Below are positions 1 through 8,338 of a stretch of DNA of 64,000 bases, piece by piece; position 1 is the stretch's first letter, and the number at the start of each line of letters is the position of its first letter. The position numbers were made by a program, and so were the translations under genes. Under the pieces are notes generated by a model. That model saw only the letters and a program-made list of their open reading frames with translations. It was not told the DNA's origin and made no database searches. Source of the DNA: an uncultured Acidobacteriota bacterium (lineage in GTDB: Bacteria; Acidobacteriota; Thermoanaerobaculia; Multivoradales; JBCCEF01); NCBI GenBank assembly GCA_963730155.1, contig CAVSQV010000006.1, positions 22,774 to 86,773 of the forward strand, in the 5' to 3' direction.

Positions 1-302
1 TCCTGCGCCTGCTGCGGCGGGTGATCGACTCCGGCCGCGAGGCCGGCCTCGAGGTCAGCCTGTGCGGCGAGATGGCCGGCGACCCGCGCTATGCGCCGCT
101 CCTGATCGGCCTCGGCCTGCGCCGGCTGTCGATGAGCCCGCGCGTGGTGCCGGAGATCAAGACGCGGATCCGCGCCGCCTGCCTCTCCGACCTCGAGCGG
201 CTAGCCGAGGAGTGCCTCGGCTTCGCTACCGCCGCCGAGGTCGAGCGGCACTTGAGCGGAGCGCTCGGCGCCCTGGTCGGGGCGCGCGAGGAGCAGGCGT
301 GA
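1..302 (+). CDS. ptsI: PEP-protein phosphotransferase (PTS enzyme I), 3' end, truncated by window edge
   Basis: SLCGEMAGDP..LLIGLGLRRLSMSP is the characteristic EI C-terminal motif. Confidence 0.9.
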   Translation, partial: LRLLRRVIDSGREAGLEVSLCGEMAGDPRYAPLLIGLGLRRLSMSPRVVPEIKTRIRAACLSDLERLAEECLGFATAAEVERHLSGALGALVGAREEQA

Positions 303-1321
303 GGCGGCTCCGGATCGGCGCGGGCCTTGTGGCCGTGGCGCTGGCCCTCGCGGCCTGCGCAGCCGGTGTCGGCTGCGCCCAGCCGGAGCCGGTGACGCCG
401 TCGGAGGCGGCCGTCTTGGCCGAGGAGACGCGGGCGATGGCCGGGCTGCCGTCGGGCGCCGAGGCGCCGCCGCCGGAAGAGCTCGAGGAGACCGCCGCCA
501 CCGAGCTGCCGCCGCCACCCGCCGCGGCCGCCGCGCCGCCGCCCGACTCCGGAGCCTCCGCCGCCGCGGCGCGTGGCGAGGCGGTCGACGTGAGCCGGTT
601 GATCGAGGAGAAGGAGGGCGCCGCCGAAGGCGCACCCGCCGATCCGACCGTGATCCAGATCGGCCCCGCCGCCGATGGCGTTTACGCCCCGCCGACCCTC
701 GCCGAAGCCGCTGCGGCGGCGCGCGAGAAGCGCCGCAGCGAGGGGCAGCCGCGGTCGACCCTGGTGATCAACAACGACAACCTCGCCGCCTTCGGTGCCG
801 GGGGGCAGGTCACCCTGGTGACGCCGGGCCCGACGGCGGCGCCGGCGGCGGCCGCGCCCGGCGCCACACCGGCCGATGCCGCCGCCGACGATGCCGCGGA
901 TCCCGAGCGCGGCCCGGCCGGCCCCCGCGACGAGGCCTACTGGCGCGACCGCGCCCGTGGCGTCCGCACGCGCTGGGCTGACGCCGCCCGCGAGGTCGAG
1001 CGCCTCGAGGACCAGGCGGCCCAGCTCCGCTGGGACTTCTACGCCGAGGACGATCCCTGGTACCGCGACGAGCGGATCAAGCCCGAATGGGACCGCGTGC
1101 TCGACGAGCTGCGCAGCGCCCGCCAGGACGTCCGCGCCTACCGCGAGGAGCTGGCCGAGGTGATCGAGGAGGGACGCCGCGCCGGGGCGCTGCCCGGCTG
1201 GCTGCGGGACGGCATCGAGCTCGAACCGGAGGAGCCCGATTCGCCGGTCCGCCGCGAGCCGGGCGAGGAGGACATCGAGGAGCCCACCATCTTCGGCGAG
1301 GGCGAGGGGGAGCGGCCGTGA
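299..1321 (+). CDS. Hypothetical exported protein/lipoprotein, Ala/Pro-rich, C-terminal coiled coil
   Basis: GTG at 299 overlaps the ptsI stop (GTGA). Signal peptide RRLRIGAGLVAVALALAAC. DEAYWR helical region. GTGA overlap with miaB. Confidence 0.7.
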   Translation: MRRLRIGAGLVAVALALAACAAGVGCAQPEPVTPSEAAVLAEETRAMAGLPSGAEAPPPEELEETAATELPPPPAAAAAPPPDSGASAAAARGEAVDVSRLIEEKEGAAEGAPADPTVIQIGPAADGVYAPPTLAEAAAAAREKRRSEGQPRSTLVINNDNLAAFGAGGQVTLVTPGPTAAPAAAAPGATPADAAADDAADPERGPAGPRDEAYWRDRARGVRTRWADAAREVERLEDQAAQLRWDFYAEDDPWYRDERIKPEWDRVLDELRSARQDVRAYREELAEVIEEGRRAGALPGWLRDGIELEPEEPDSPVRREPGEEDIEEPTIFGEGEGERP

Positions 1322-2697
1322 CCCTGACCCTGCTCCCAGCCGGTGCCGTCGAGGCCGAGCCGAGCCGGCCGCGCCGCTTCTTCATCGAGACCTGGGGCTG
1401 CCAGATGAACGAGCTGGACAGCCAGCGGATGGCCGGCCAGCTCATGCAACAGGGGATCCTGCCCACCCGCGACGCCGCCGAGGCCGACGTCATCCTGCTC
1501 AACTCGTGCAGCGTGCGCGAGAACGCGGAGAACAAGGTCTACTCGCGTCTGGGCGAGTACCGCCGCTTCAAGCGCGACGGCGCCGAGCCGCTGATCGGCC
1601 TCTGCGGCTGCGTCGCCCAGCAGGCCGGCGAGCGCGCGCTGGCGCGGGTGCCCGAGATCGATTTCGTCCTCGGCCCGGCGCGGGTGGGGGAGCTGGCCGA
1701 CGTGATCGAGCGCCGCCGAGCCGGCGAACGCGTGGTCGCCACCGGGTTCCCGGAGGACCGTCCGTACGCCTTCGACTCGATCTCGCGCCACGGCGAGTAC
1801 AAGGGGATGGTGACGATCATCGAAGGGTGCAACAAGCGCTGCACCTTCTGCATCGTGCCGTCGACCCGCGGCCCCGAACGCAGCCGCCCGATGGCCGAGA
1901 TCGTCGCCGAGGTCGAGCACCTGCTCGACTTCGGCTTCGTCGAGATCGAGCTCCTGGGCCAGACCGTCAACCACTGGCGCGAGCCGGGCGCCGGCGACGG
2001 CGGACCCGACTTCGCCGACCTGCTCGACCGCCTCGCCCGGCTCCCCGGCCTCCGCCGCCTGCGCTTCGTCACCTCCTACCCGCGCGACTTCACGCCGCGG
2101 ATGGTCGACCAGCTAGGCCGCCACGAGGCGATCTGCAACTACCTCCACCTGCCGGTGCAGTCGGGCTCCGACCGCGTCCTCCAGAGAATGGGCCGCGGCT
2201 ACACCGCCGAGGCCTATCGCCGCCTGATCGCCGACCTCCGCGCCGCGCGCCCCGACCTCGCGCTCTCGACCGACCTGATCGTCGGCTTCCCGGGCGAGAC
2301 CCGCGAGGACTTCGAAGCCACCCTGCGCCTGGTCGAGCAGGCCGAATTCACCTCGATCTACGCCTTCCGCTACAGCCCCCGCCCCTTGACCGCCGCCCCC
2401 CGCCTCGGCGACCCGATTGACCCCGCCGAGGCCGACCAGCGCCTCCAGAAGCTGTTCGAGCTCCAGTCCGTTATCCAGCGCCGCCTCCACCAGACCCTGA
2501 TCGGCCGCACCCTCGACGTCCTGGTCACCGGCTGGGCCAAAGAGCCCAACCACCAAGTCGGCCGCACCACCTGCCACCGCGCCGTCACCTTTCCGACCCC
2601 CGCCCCCCCAGCCCCCCTCGGCACCCTAACCCGAGTCCTGATCGAGTCCGCCCACACCCACGGCTTGGCCGGCGAGCCTTTTACCGCGCCCCTCTGA
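1318..2697 (+). CDS. miaB: tRNA-2-methylthio-N6-dimethylallyladenosine synthase MiaB (radical SAM)
   Basis: ETWGCQMN, LNSCSVRENAE, EGCNKRCTFC (CxxxCxxC), LHLPVQSGSD, STDLIVGFPGET, C-terminal TRAM domain. Confidence 0.93.
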   Translation: MTLTLLPAGAVEAEPSRPRRFFIETWGCQMNELDSQRMAGQLMQQGILPTRDAAEADVILLNSCSVRENAENKVYSRLGEYRRFKRDGAEPLIGLCGCVAQQAGERALARVPEIDFVLGPARVGELADVIERRRAGERVVATGFPEDRPYAFDSISRHGEYKGMVTIIEGCNKRCTFCIVPSTRGPERSRPMAEIVAEVEHLLDFGFVEIELLGQTVNHWREPGAGDGGPDFADLLDRLARLPGLRRLRFVTSYPRDFTPRMVDQLGRHEAICNYLHLPVQSGSDRVLQRMGRGYTAEAYRRLIADLRAARPDLALSTDLIVGFPGETREDFEATLRLVEQAEFTSIYAFRYSPRPLTAAPRLGDPIDPAEADQRLQKLFELQSVIQRRLHQTLIGRTLDVLVTGWAKEPNHQVGRTTCHRAVTFPTPAPPAPLGTLTRVLIESAHTHGLAGEPFTAPL

Positions 2698-2714
2698 CGC
2701 CCCCCGCCCAATCC

Positions 2715-2760
2715 AAGCCGGCGCCGTGCCCTGGGAGGGGAGCCCCAGGGCCCGGACCGG
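2715..2760 (+). repeat. Partial copy (one end) of the MITE-like repeat family at 5231-5401 / 5652-5818
   Basis: aagccggcgccgtgccctgggaggg matches 5776-5800. It continues gagcccca (copy-1-like) then cccggaccgg (copy-2-like). Confidence 0.75.
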
Positions 2761-2819
2761 GGGAGGGGGGAGGGGGAGGGGACTTGACCTCCCCCCACCC
2801 CCACCAGACAATACCCCCC

Positions 2820-3335
2820 ATGACCACCCCCCCCGCCGCCGATCCCCGTGAAGAAGTCCGAATGGAGATCCGGGGCCTCATCCTCGACCCGAGCTCCAGC
2901 CGCCCGATCGTCGTCCTCCGCGACGAGAACAGCCAGGTCGTGCTGCCCATCTGGATCGGCCTCTTCGAGGCCAACGCCATCGCGCAGCGGATCGAGAACG
3001 CCGAGCCCCCGCGTCCGATGACCCACGACCTGATGCAGTCCCTGCTCCAACAGATCGGGGTGGCGATCAAGAAGATCGTGATCTCCGACCTCCGGGACGA
3101 CACCTTCTTCGCCCTGATCCACGTCGACCGCGATGGCCGCGAGATCGAGGTCGACGCCCGGCCCAGCGACGCGATCGCCCTCGCCCTGCGCGCCGATGCG
3201 CCGATCTTCGTCCTCCGGCCGGTCCTCGAGAAGGCCAAGGCCGTCGACCTGGCGGGCCAGGGCACCGACGAGGAGAAGCTCAAGAAGTGGCTCGAAGAGA
3301 TCAGCCCCGAGGACCTCGGCAAGTACACGATGTGA
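2820..3335 (+). CDS. Bifunctional nuclease family protein (DUF151)
   Basis: LPIWIGLFEANAIA, RPMTHDL, IEVDARPSDAIALALR motifs. Start could also be ATG at 2862. Confidence 0.9.
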   Translation: MTTPPAADPREEVRMEIRGLILDPSSSRPIVVLRDENSQVVLPIWIGLFEANAIAQRIENAEPPRPMTHDLMQSLLQQIGVAIKKIVISDLRDDTFFALIHVDRDGREIEVDARPSDAIALALRADAPIFVLRPVLEKAKAVDLAGQGTDEEKLKKWLEEISPEDLGKYTM

Positions 3336-3369
3336 CCCGACCCGTGATCCCGACGGCCGCAATCTCCTC

Positions 3370-3385
3370 TGTCGGCGCGCCGACA
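3370..3385. promoter_or_regulatory. 16-bp perfect palindrome TGTCGGCGCGCCGACA, candidate parS/operator, copy 1
   Basis: Exact palindrome, repeated at 3449-3464, upstream of parA. Same length and TGT..ACA ends as canonical parS TGTTTCACGTGAAACA. Confidence 0.7.
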
Positions 3386-3444
3386 CAGGCCATGACCGGC
3401 CCCGCTCGCAACTTGAAAGCGCCTGGAAAGACAGTGAATTTTGC

Positions 3445-3468
3445 GCGATGTCGGCGCGCCGACATCGC
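3445..3468. promoter_or_regulatory. Candidate parS/operator copy 2 (core 3449-3464, extended to a 24-bp palindrome)
   Basis: GCGATGTCGGCGCGCCGACATCGC is a perfect palindrome, ending 57 bp upstream of the parA ATG. Confidence 0.7.
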
Positions 3469-3525
3469 CCTCGCAATGCCCATGGAGAGCCCTGACCGTC
3501 CCTCGACGGATTCCGCAATCAGCCG

Positions 3526-4284
3526 ATGATCATCGCCATCACCAATCAGAAGGGCGGAGTGGGGAAGACCACGACCGCGATCAACCTCTCGGCGGCCCTG
3601 GCGAGCAAGGGCCTCCGCACGCTACTGGTCGACCTCGACCCGCAGGCCAACAGCTCGATGTCGTTCCTCGACATCCACCAGCCTCGCAAGACGGTCTACG
3701 AGGCCCTCACCGAGAGCGACGTCCACATCGCCGACATCATCGTGCCGTCCGACGGCACGCCCGGGCTCGACATCGCGCCGTCGTCGATCTCGCTCGCCAA
3801 GATCGAAGCCAAGCTGATCGGCGAGCTCGACAGCCACTACCGGCTCAAGGACGAGCTGACGACGCTCCACACACGCTACGACTTCATCATCATCGACACG
3901 CCGCCGACCCTCGGCATCATCACGGTCAACGCCCTGGTCGCGGCCACCCACGTGCTGATCCCGGTGCAGGCCAGCTACTTCGCGCTCGAGGGGACGGACG
4001 ACCTCCTGGAGACAGTGGAGAAGGTCAAGATGCGCGCCAACCCGGAGCTCCAGATCCTCGGCGCGCTGATCACCCTCTACGACAAGCGGACGCTCCTCGC
4101 CAAGGACATCCAGGACCAGGTCCGCGCGGTCTTCGGCGGCCGGGTCTTCGAGACGGTGATCACCAAGAGCGTGCGCCTCGAGGAGAGCCCGGCCTATCGG
4201 GAGTCGATCTTCACCTTCGCGCCGCGATCGAGCGGGGCGTACGAGTACTACCGACTGTCCGAGGAGGTGGTCAGCCGTGTCTGA
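3526..4284 (+). CDS. parA: ParA/Soj family ATPase (no N-terminal HTH)
   Basis: NQKGGVGKTT deviant Walker A, VDLDPQAN, IIDTPP, YDKRT, SVRLEESP. Confidence 0.93.
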   Translation: MIIAITNQKGGVGKTTTAINLSAALASKGLRTLLVDLDPQANSSMSFLDIHQPRKTVYEALTESDVHIADIIVPSDGTPGLDIAPSSISLAKIEAKLIGELDSHYRLKDELTTLHTRYDFIIIDTPPTLGIITVNALVAATHVLIPVQASYFALEGTDDLLETVEKVKMRANPELQILGALITLYDKRTLLAKDIQDQVRAVFGGRVFETVITKSVRLEESPAYRESIFTFAPRSSGAYEYYRLSEEVVSRV

Positions 4285-5179
4285 AGTGACGGCCAAGCGC
4301 AAGGGGCTTCCGGTCCGGGTCAAGATGCGGCACCAGTCGCACTTCGTCGACGAGCTGGCCGCGCGCCACGACGCGCCGGTGGGGAAGATGGTGCCGCTCT
4401 CGTCCATCGAGCCCGACACGAACCAGCCACGGTCCGCGATGGGAGACCTCGGCGACCTGGTCTCGTCGATCCGCTCGAAGGGGGTCCTCGAGCCGATCCT
4501 GGTCCGCCCGAACCCCGACCTCGAGGACGGCCCCGGCGAGCCGAACGCCAAGGCCGCCGCCTACCGCATCATCTCCGGAGAACGCCGCTATCGCGCGGCG
4601 CGCGAGGCCGGCCTGTACGAGGTTCCGGTGGTGGTGATGGAGGTCTCGGAGGAAGAGGCGCTAGAGATCGCCCTGATCGAGAATCTCCAGCGCAAGGACC
4701 TCACGCCGTTCGAGGAGGCGGAGGGTTACCGCGCCCTCGCCGATCGCCACGGCTACACGCAGGAGCAGATCGCGGAAACGGTGGGGAAGGCGCGCACGGT
4801 GATCACCGAGAGCCTCGCTCTCCTCAGCCTGCCGCCGCGGGTGCGCGACACGGCGGAGGCGTTGGGGATCGGCTCGAAGTCGCTGCTGCTCGAGGTGCTC
4901 AAGGTCGGCACTCCGGAGGAGATGGTCCGCCTGCTCGAGGAGGTGGCGTCGCACGGCCTCAACCGCGACGACCTCCGGCGCCGGATGCGCGGCGGCTCGT
5001 CGGCGGGCGGCGGCAAGCGGCGGAAGAAGCCCTACACCTTCCGGTTCAAGGCGGCGGACAAGACTTACTCGCTGGCGCTGAGCTTCCGGCAGTCGGAGGT
5101 GGACCGGGGGGACTTGATCCGTGCGCTCGAGGAGATCCTCCAGAAGCTCCGGCACGAGGCTTCGGCGCCTGCTTCCTGA
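4277..5179 (+). CDS. parB: ParB/Spo0J family CTPase and DNA-binding protein
   Basis: NQPR, GVLEPILVR, IISGERRYRAA (CTP motif), IENLQRKDL, HTH TQEQIAETVGKARTVITESL. Overlaps the parA end. Confidence 0.92.
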   Translation: MSEVTAKRKGLPVRVKMRHQSHFVDELAARHDAPVGKMVPLSSIEPDTNQPRSAMGDLGDLVSSIRSKGVLEPILVRPNPDLEDGPGEPNAKAAAYRIISGERRYRAAREAGLYEVPVVVMEVSEEEALEIALIENLQRKDLTPFEEAEGYRALADRHGYTQEQIAETVGKARTVITESLALLSLPPRVRDTAEALGIGSKSLLLEVLKVGTPEEMVRLLEEVASHGLNRDDLRRRMRGGSSAGGGKRRKKPYTFRFKAADKTYSLALSFRQSEVDRGDLIRALEEILQKLRHEASAPAS

Positions 5180-5230
5180 GCTTGCGTCCCCCAAGGCCCG
5201 CGGAACCGGATCGCCTTTCGCCACCCGCCC

Positions 5231-5401
5231 GGCGGCCGGGGCGTGGGGCTCCCTCCCAGGGCACGGCGCCGGCTCTGAGTGGGCGGGTGTCGGTCGGCCG
5301 GCGCCTCGTCAGCCCGCGCGCGGGTCCTTGTCGCCTTCTGAATCGGTGCGTTGAGCGCGCGGGCTGGCGTCCCTGGGAGGGAGCCCCACGCCCCGGCCGC
5401 C
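5231..5401. repeat. MITE/REPIN-like element copy 1, 171 bp, perfect 31-bp terminal inverted repeats
   Basis: 5231-5261 ggcggccggggcgtggggctccctcccaggg is the exact reverse complement of 5371-5401. Confidence 0.85.
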
Positions 5402-5487
5402 GCCCGCCCCACGGTAACCCCTTCAAGAGGGAAGAGGATCAGAAGACGGCATGACCAACAGCCCTTGTGGACGGCTTCACGGATGTG

Positions 5488-5515
5488 AGTTGACATAATA
5501 CATCTTATCGGACTC
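5488..5515 (-). other. dif: dif chromosome dimer resolution site (XerC/XerD)
   Basis: Minus strand GAGTCCGATAA-GATGTA-TTATGTCAACT has 11-6-11 architecture. XerD arm matches B. subtilis TTATGTAAACT at 10/11 and E. coli TTATGTTAAAT at 9/11. XerC arm ends ATAA. Intergenic AT-rich islet. Confidence 0.88.
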
Positions 5516-5651
5516 AAGATATCGGGTTGATGGCTGGCTGCTCACGGGCGCTCCGGGCCCTGCGCGCCCGATCTTGGACCCAGCCGCAACTGTGACTCCG
5601 CCCGGGTCTCAGGACCGTGGGAGCCAACCTCCCGCCGAGAACCGCCGAGGA

Positions 5652-5818
5652 GGTCCGGGTCGAGGGCATCCCTCCCAGGGACGCCAGCCCGCGCGCTCAA
5701 CGCACCGATTCGCAAGGCGACAAGGACCCGCGCGCGGGCTGACGAGGCGCCGGCCGACCGACCCCCGCTCACTCAAAGCCGGCGCCGTGCCCTGGGAGGG
5801 ATGCCCTCGACCCGGACC
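5652..5818. repeat. MITE/REPIN-like element copy 2, inverted relative to copy 1, perfect 29-bp terminal inverted repeats
   Basis: Internal ~130 bp is a near-exact reverse complement of copy 1. 5652-5680 ggtccgggtcgagggcatccctcccaggg pairs with 5790-5818. Confidence 0.85.
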
Positions 5819-5904
5819 GGCCGCTTCAGTCCGAGTGCCCTCCGGACCGGCCCGACACTCATGGCCTTGTCCCCAGACGGACCCCCGACCGATAGACTCA
5901 CCCC

Positions 5905-8319
5905 GTGCTGAACGCGCTCAAGCCAGGACGCCTCCTGGACCGCTACCTGGTCGCCGAGATGATCGGCCCGATCGCCCTCGGCTTCCTGATCTACACCGGG
6001 ATCCTCCTGCTGCGCTTCCTCTTCCAGTCCGCCGAGATGATCATCCAGCGCGGCCTGCCCGTTGCGATCGTCGGCCGGCTGGTGGCGTACAGCCTGCCGA
6101 ACATCCTGGTCCTGACCATCCCGATGGCCCTCCTGTTCGGGATCCTCATCGCCCTCGGCCGCCTGTCCTCCGACAGCGAACTGATCGCCCTGCGATCGAG
6201 CGGCATGAGCCTGACCACCCTCTACCGCCCGATCCTCTTCCTCTCCCTCTGCTTCGCCCTGCTCAACACCTACCTGATGGTCAAGCTCCTGCCCCAGGGC
6301 AACCACGCCCTCCAGCAGCTCCGCCTCGAGATCATCACCGAGTCCGTGGCCGCCCAGGTCGAGCCGCGGGTCTTCTACTCCGAGTTCGAAGACACCCTGC
6401 TCTACGTCTTCGAACGCCCGAAGGGCGAAGAGCGGTGGCGCGGCGTGTTCGTCGCCCAGACCCTGCCCACGAGGAAGAACGAGATCACCGTCGCCGAGTG
6501 GGGCCGGATCAAGCTCGACGACAGCGGCGAGCGGGTCATGCTCGAACTGGGCAACGCCTACACCCACCAGGTCGACCTCGACGACCCGGGCACCTACCAC
6601 ATCGACTTCATCCGCCGCGTCGAGAAAGTGCTCGAGGACCGCTTCACCTCCACCCAGCGGGAGAAGATCCTCAGCTCCAAGAGCCTGCGCGAGCTGACCC
6701 TCGACGAGCTCGCCGCCGAGGCCGCCGATCCCGGTGTGGACGCCGAGCAGCGGCGCATGGCGCGGGTCGAGATCCACAAGAAGTTCGCGATCCCGGCCGC
6801 CTGCGTGGTGTTCGGGATCATCGCCCTGCCGCTCGGCTTCAGCAGCCGGCGCGGCGGCAAGGCTTCGGGTTTCGTGCTGTCGCTGGGGGTCTTCGCGCTC
6901 TATTACCTGCTGCTCAACAACGGCGAGAACGCCGCCCGCTACGGCAAGATGGCGCCCTGGGCCGCGATCTGGATGTCGAACATCCTGCTCGCCGTGGCCG
7001 GCTTGCTCCTGCTGATGCGGCGCAACCGGGACAAGAGCCTGATGCTGTCGCGCATCGACCGCTGGGTGCGTGAGGACTTCTGGGGCCGGCTGGTGCGCTT
7101 CCAGCACTGGCGGTCGACCCAGGAGCGGCGGCGGAAAGAGCGGCGGGAGAGCGGCAAGGGGGGCGGCAACGGCGGCCCCGTCCCGGAGGTCGTGCTCCGG
7201 CTCCCCCGCCTGCGCCTGCGCGTGCCCAACACGCTGGATCGCTACGTGGTGCGTCAGTTCGTCCTGGTGTTCGTGCTGGCGGTGCTCTCGGCTCTCGTCC
7301 TCTACATCATCTTCGACCTGGTCGAGAACTTCGACGAGATCCTCGAGAACCGGGTCTCGCGCGGGGTCGTGCTCTCCTACTACAAGTACCTGTCGCTCCA
7401 GATCTTCTACGACACCGCGCCGTTCATGGTGCTGGTGACCGTCCTGATGGCGTTCAGCCTGCTCGCCCGCAGCAACGAGGTCACGGCCTGCAAGGCGCTG
7501 GGGATCTCGCTCTACCGGCTGGCGATCCCGGCGATCGGCGCGGCCGCCGTGGTGATGCTGCTGTCGATGTTCCTCGAAGCCGAGGTGCTGCCGGCCTCGA
7601 ACCGCAAGGTGGCGGAGCTCAAGGACGTGATCAAGGGGCGCGAGACCTCGCGCACCTACCGGCGGGCCGACCGGCAGTGGCTCTTCGGGCAGGACCGGTT
7701 CGTCTACAACTACATGCACTACGACCCGCGGGGCCCGTCCCTGCAGCGCCTCCAGGTGTTCGAGTTCGACCGCGAGCACCGGCTGATCGGCCGATTCTTC
7801 GCCGACCGCGGCACCTACGTCGGCGACGTCGGCGGCGGTGACTGGCGGTTCAACGAGGGGTGGCTGCGCCGCTTCGATGGCGTCCGGGTCACCGAGTTCG
7901 TCGCCCTCGACCGGCCGCGGCGGGTCGACTACCCGGAGACGCCGGAGTTCTTCGACTCCGAGATCCTGCCGCCCGAGCAGATGACCTACGGCGAGCTCCG
8001 GGAGTACATCGGCGATGTCGCCGCCAGCGGCCAGCCGGTGCCCGACCTCAAGGTCGAGCTGTACCAGAAGCTCGCCTACCCGGCGATCTCGCTGGTGATG
8101 GCGTTCGTCGCCCTCCCCTTCGCCTTCCGGCTCGGGCGCCAGGGGGCACTCTACGGGATCGGCGTGTCGCTCGGGCTCGGGTTCCTCTTCTTCGGGATCT
8201 TCGCCTTCTTCACCAAGCTGGGCGCAGCCGGCGCGCTGCCGCCCGGGCTCGCGGTGTGGAGTCCGAACCTGCTGTTCGCGATGTTCGCGGTCTACCTGTT
8301 CCTCGGGGTGCGGACCTGA
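5905..8319 (+). CDS. lptFG: Fused LptF-LptG LPS export permease
   Basis: Two tandem YjgP/YjgQ modules: LDRYLVAE..GRLSSDSELIALRSSG and LDRYVVRQ..RSNEVTACKALGIS. Each has TM3-beta jellyroll-TM3 layout. Confidence 0.9.
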   Translation: MLNALKPGRLLDRYLVAEMIGPIALGFLIYTGILLLRFLFQSAEMIIQRGLPVAIVGRLVAYSLPNILVLTIPMALLFGILIALGRLSSDSELIALRSSGMSLTTLYRPILFLSLCFALLNTYLMVKLLPQGNHALQQLRLEIITESVAAQVEPRVFYSEFEDTLLYVFERPKGEERWRGVFVAQTLPTRKNEITVAEWGRIKLDDSGERVMLELGNAYTHQVDLDDPGTYHIDFIRRVEKVLEDRFTSTQREKILSSKSLRELTLDELAAEAADPGVDAEQRRMARVEIHKKFAIPAACVVFGIIALPLGFSSRRGGKASGFVLSLGVFALYYLLLNNGENAARYGKMAPWAAIWMSNILLAVAGLLLLMRRNRDKSLMLSRIDRWVREDFWGRLVRFQHWRSTQERRRKERRESGKGGGNGGPVPEVVLRLPRLRLRVPNTLDRYVVRQFVLVFVLAVLSALVLYIIFDLVENFDEILENRVSRGVVLSYYKYLSLQIFYDTAPFMVLVTVLMAFSLLARSNEVTACKALGISLYRLAIPAIGAAAVVMLLSMFLEAEVLPASNRKVAELKDVIKGRETSRTYRRADRQWLFGQDRFVYNYMHYDPRGPSLQRLQVFEFDREHRLIGRFFADRGTYVGDVGGGDWRFNEGWLRRFDGVRVTEFVALDRPRRVDYPETPEFFDSEILPPEQMTYGELREYIGDVAASGQPVPDLKVELYQKLAYPAISLVMAFVALPFAFRLGRQGALYGIGVSLGLGFLFFGIFAFFTKLGAAGALPPGLAVWSPNLLFAMFAVYLFLGVRT

Positions 8320-8338
8320 CCGCCCGCCTCGGCGCAGT

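Noticed and set aside
3526-5179. parAB as part of an integrated plasmid, prophage or IMEX
   Set aside because: No rep, integrase or phage genes and no second dif/att copy seen. It is co-oriented with housekeeping genes. An ancient origin of this kind cannot be excluded.
5490-5520. TTGACA read as a sigma70 -35 box for lptFG
   Set aside because: It is the XerD arm of the dif match, has no good -10 at 17 bp, and lies about 400 bp from the gene.
5231-5818. CRISPR array or structured ncRNA/riboswitch
   Set aside because: Only two inverted long copies, no repeat-spacer periodicity, no cas genes, and no recognisable RNA family motif.
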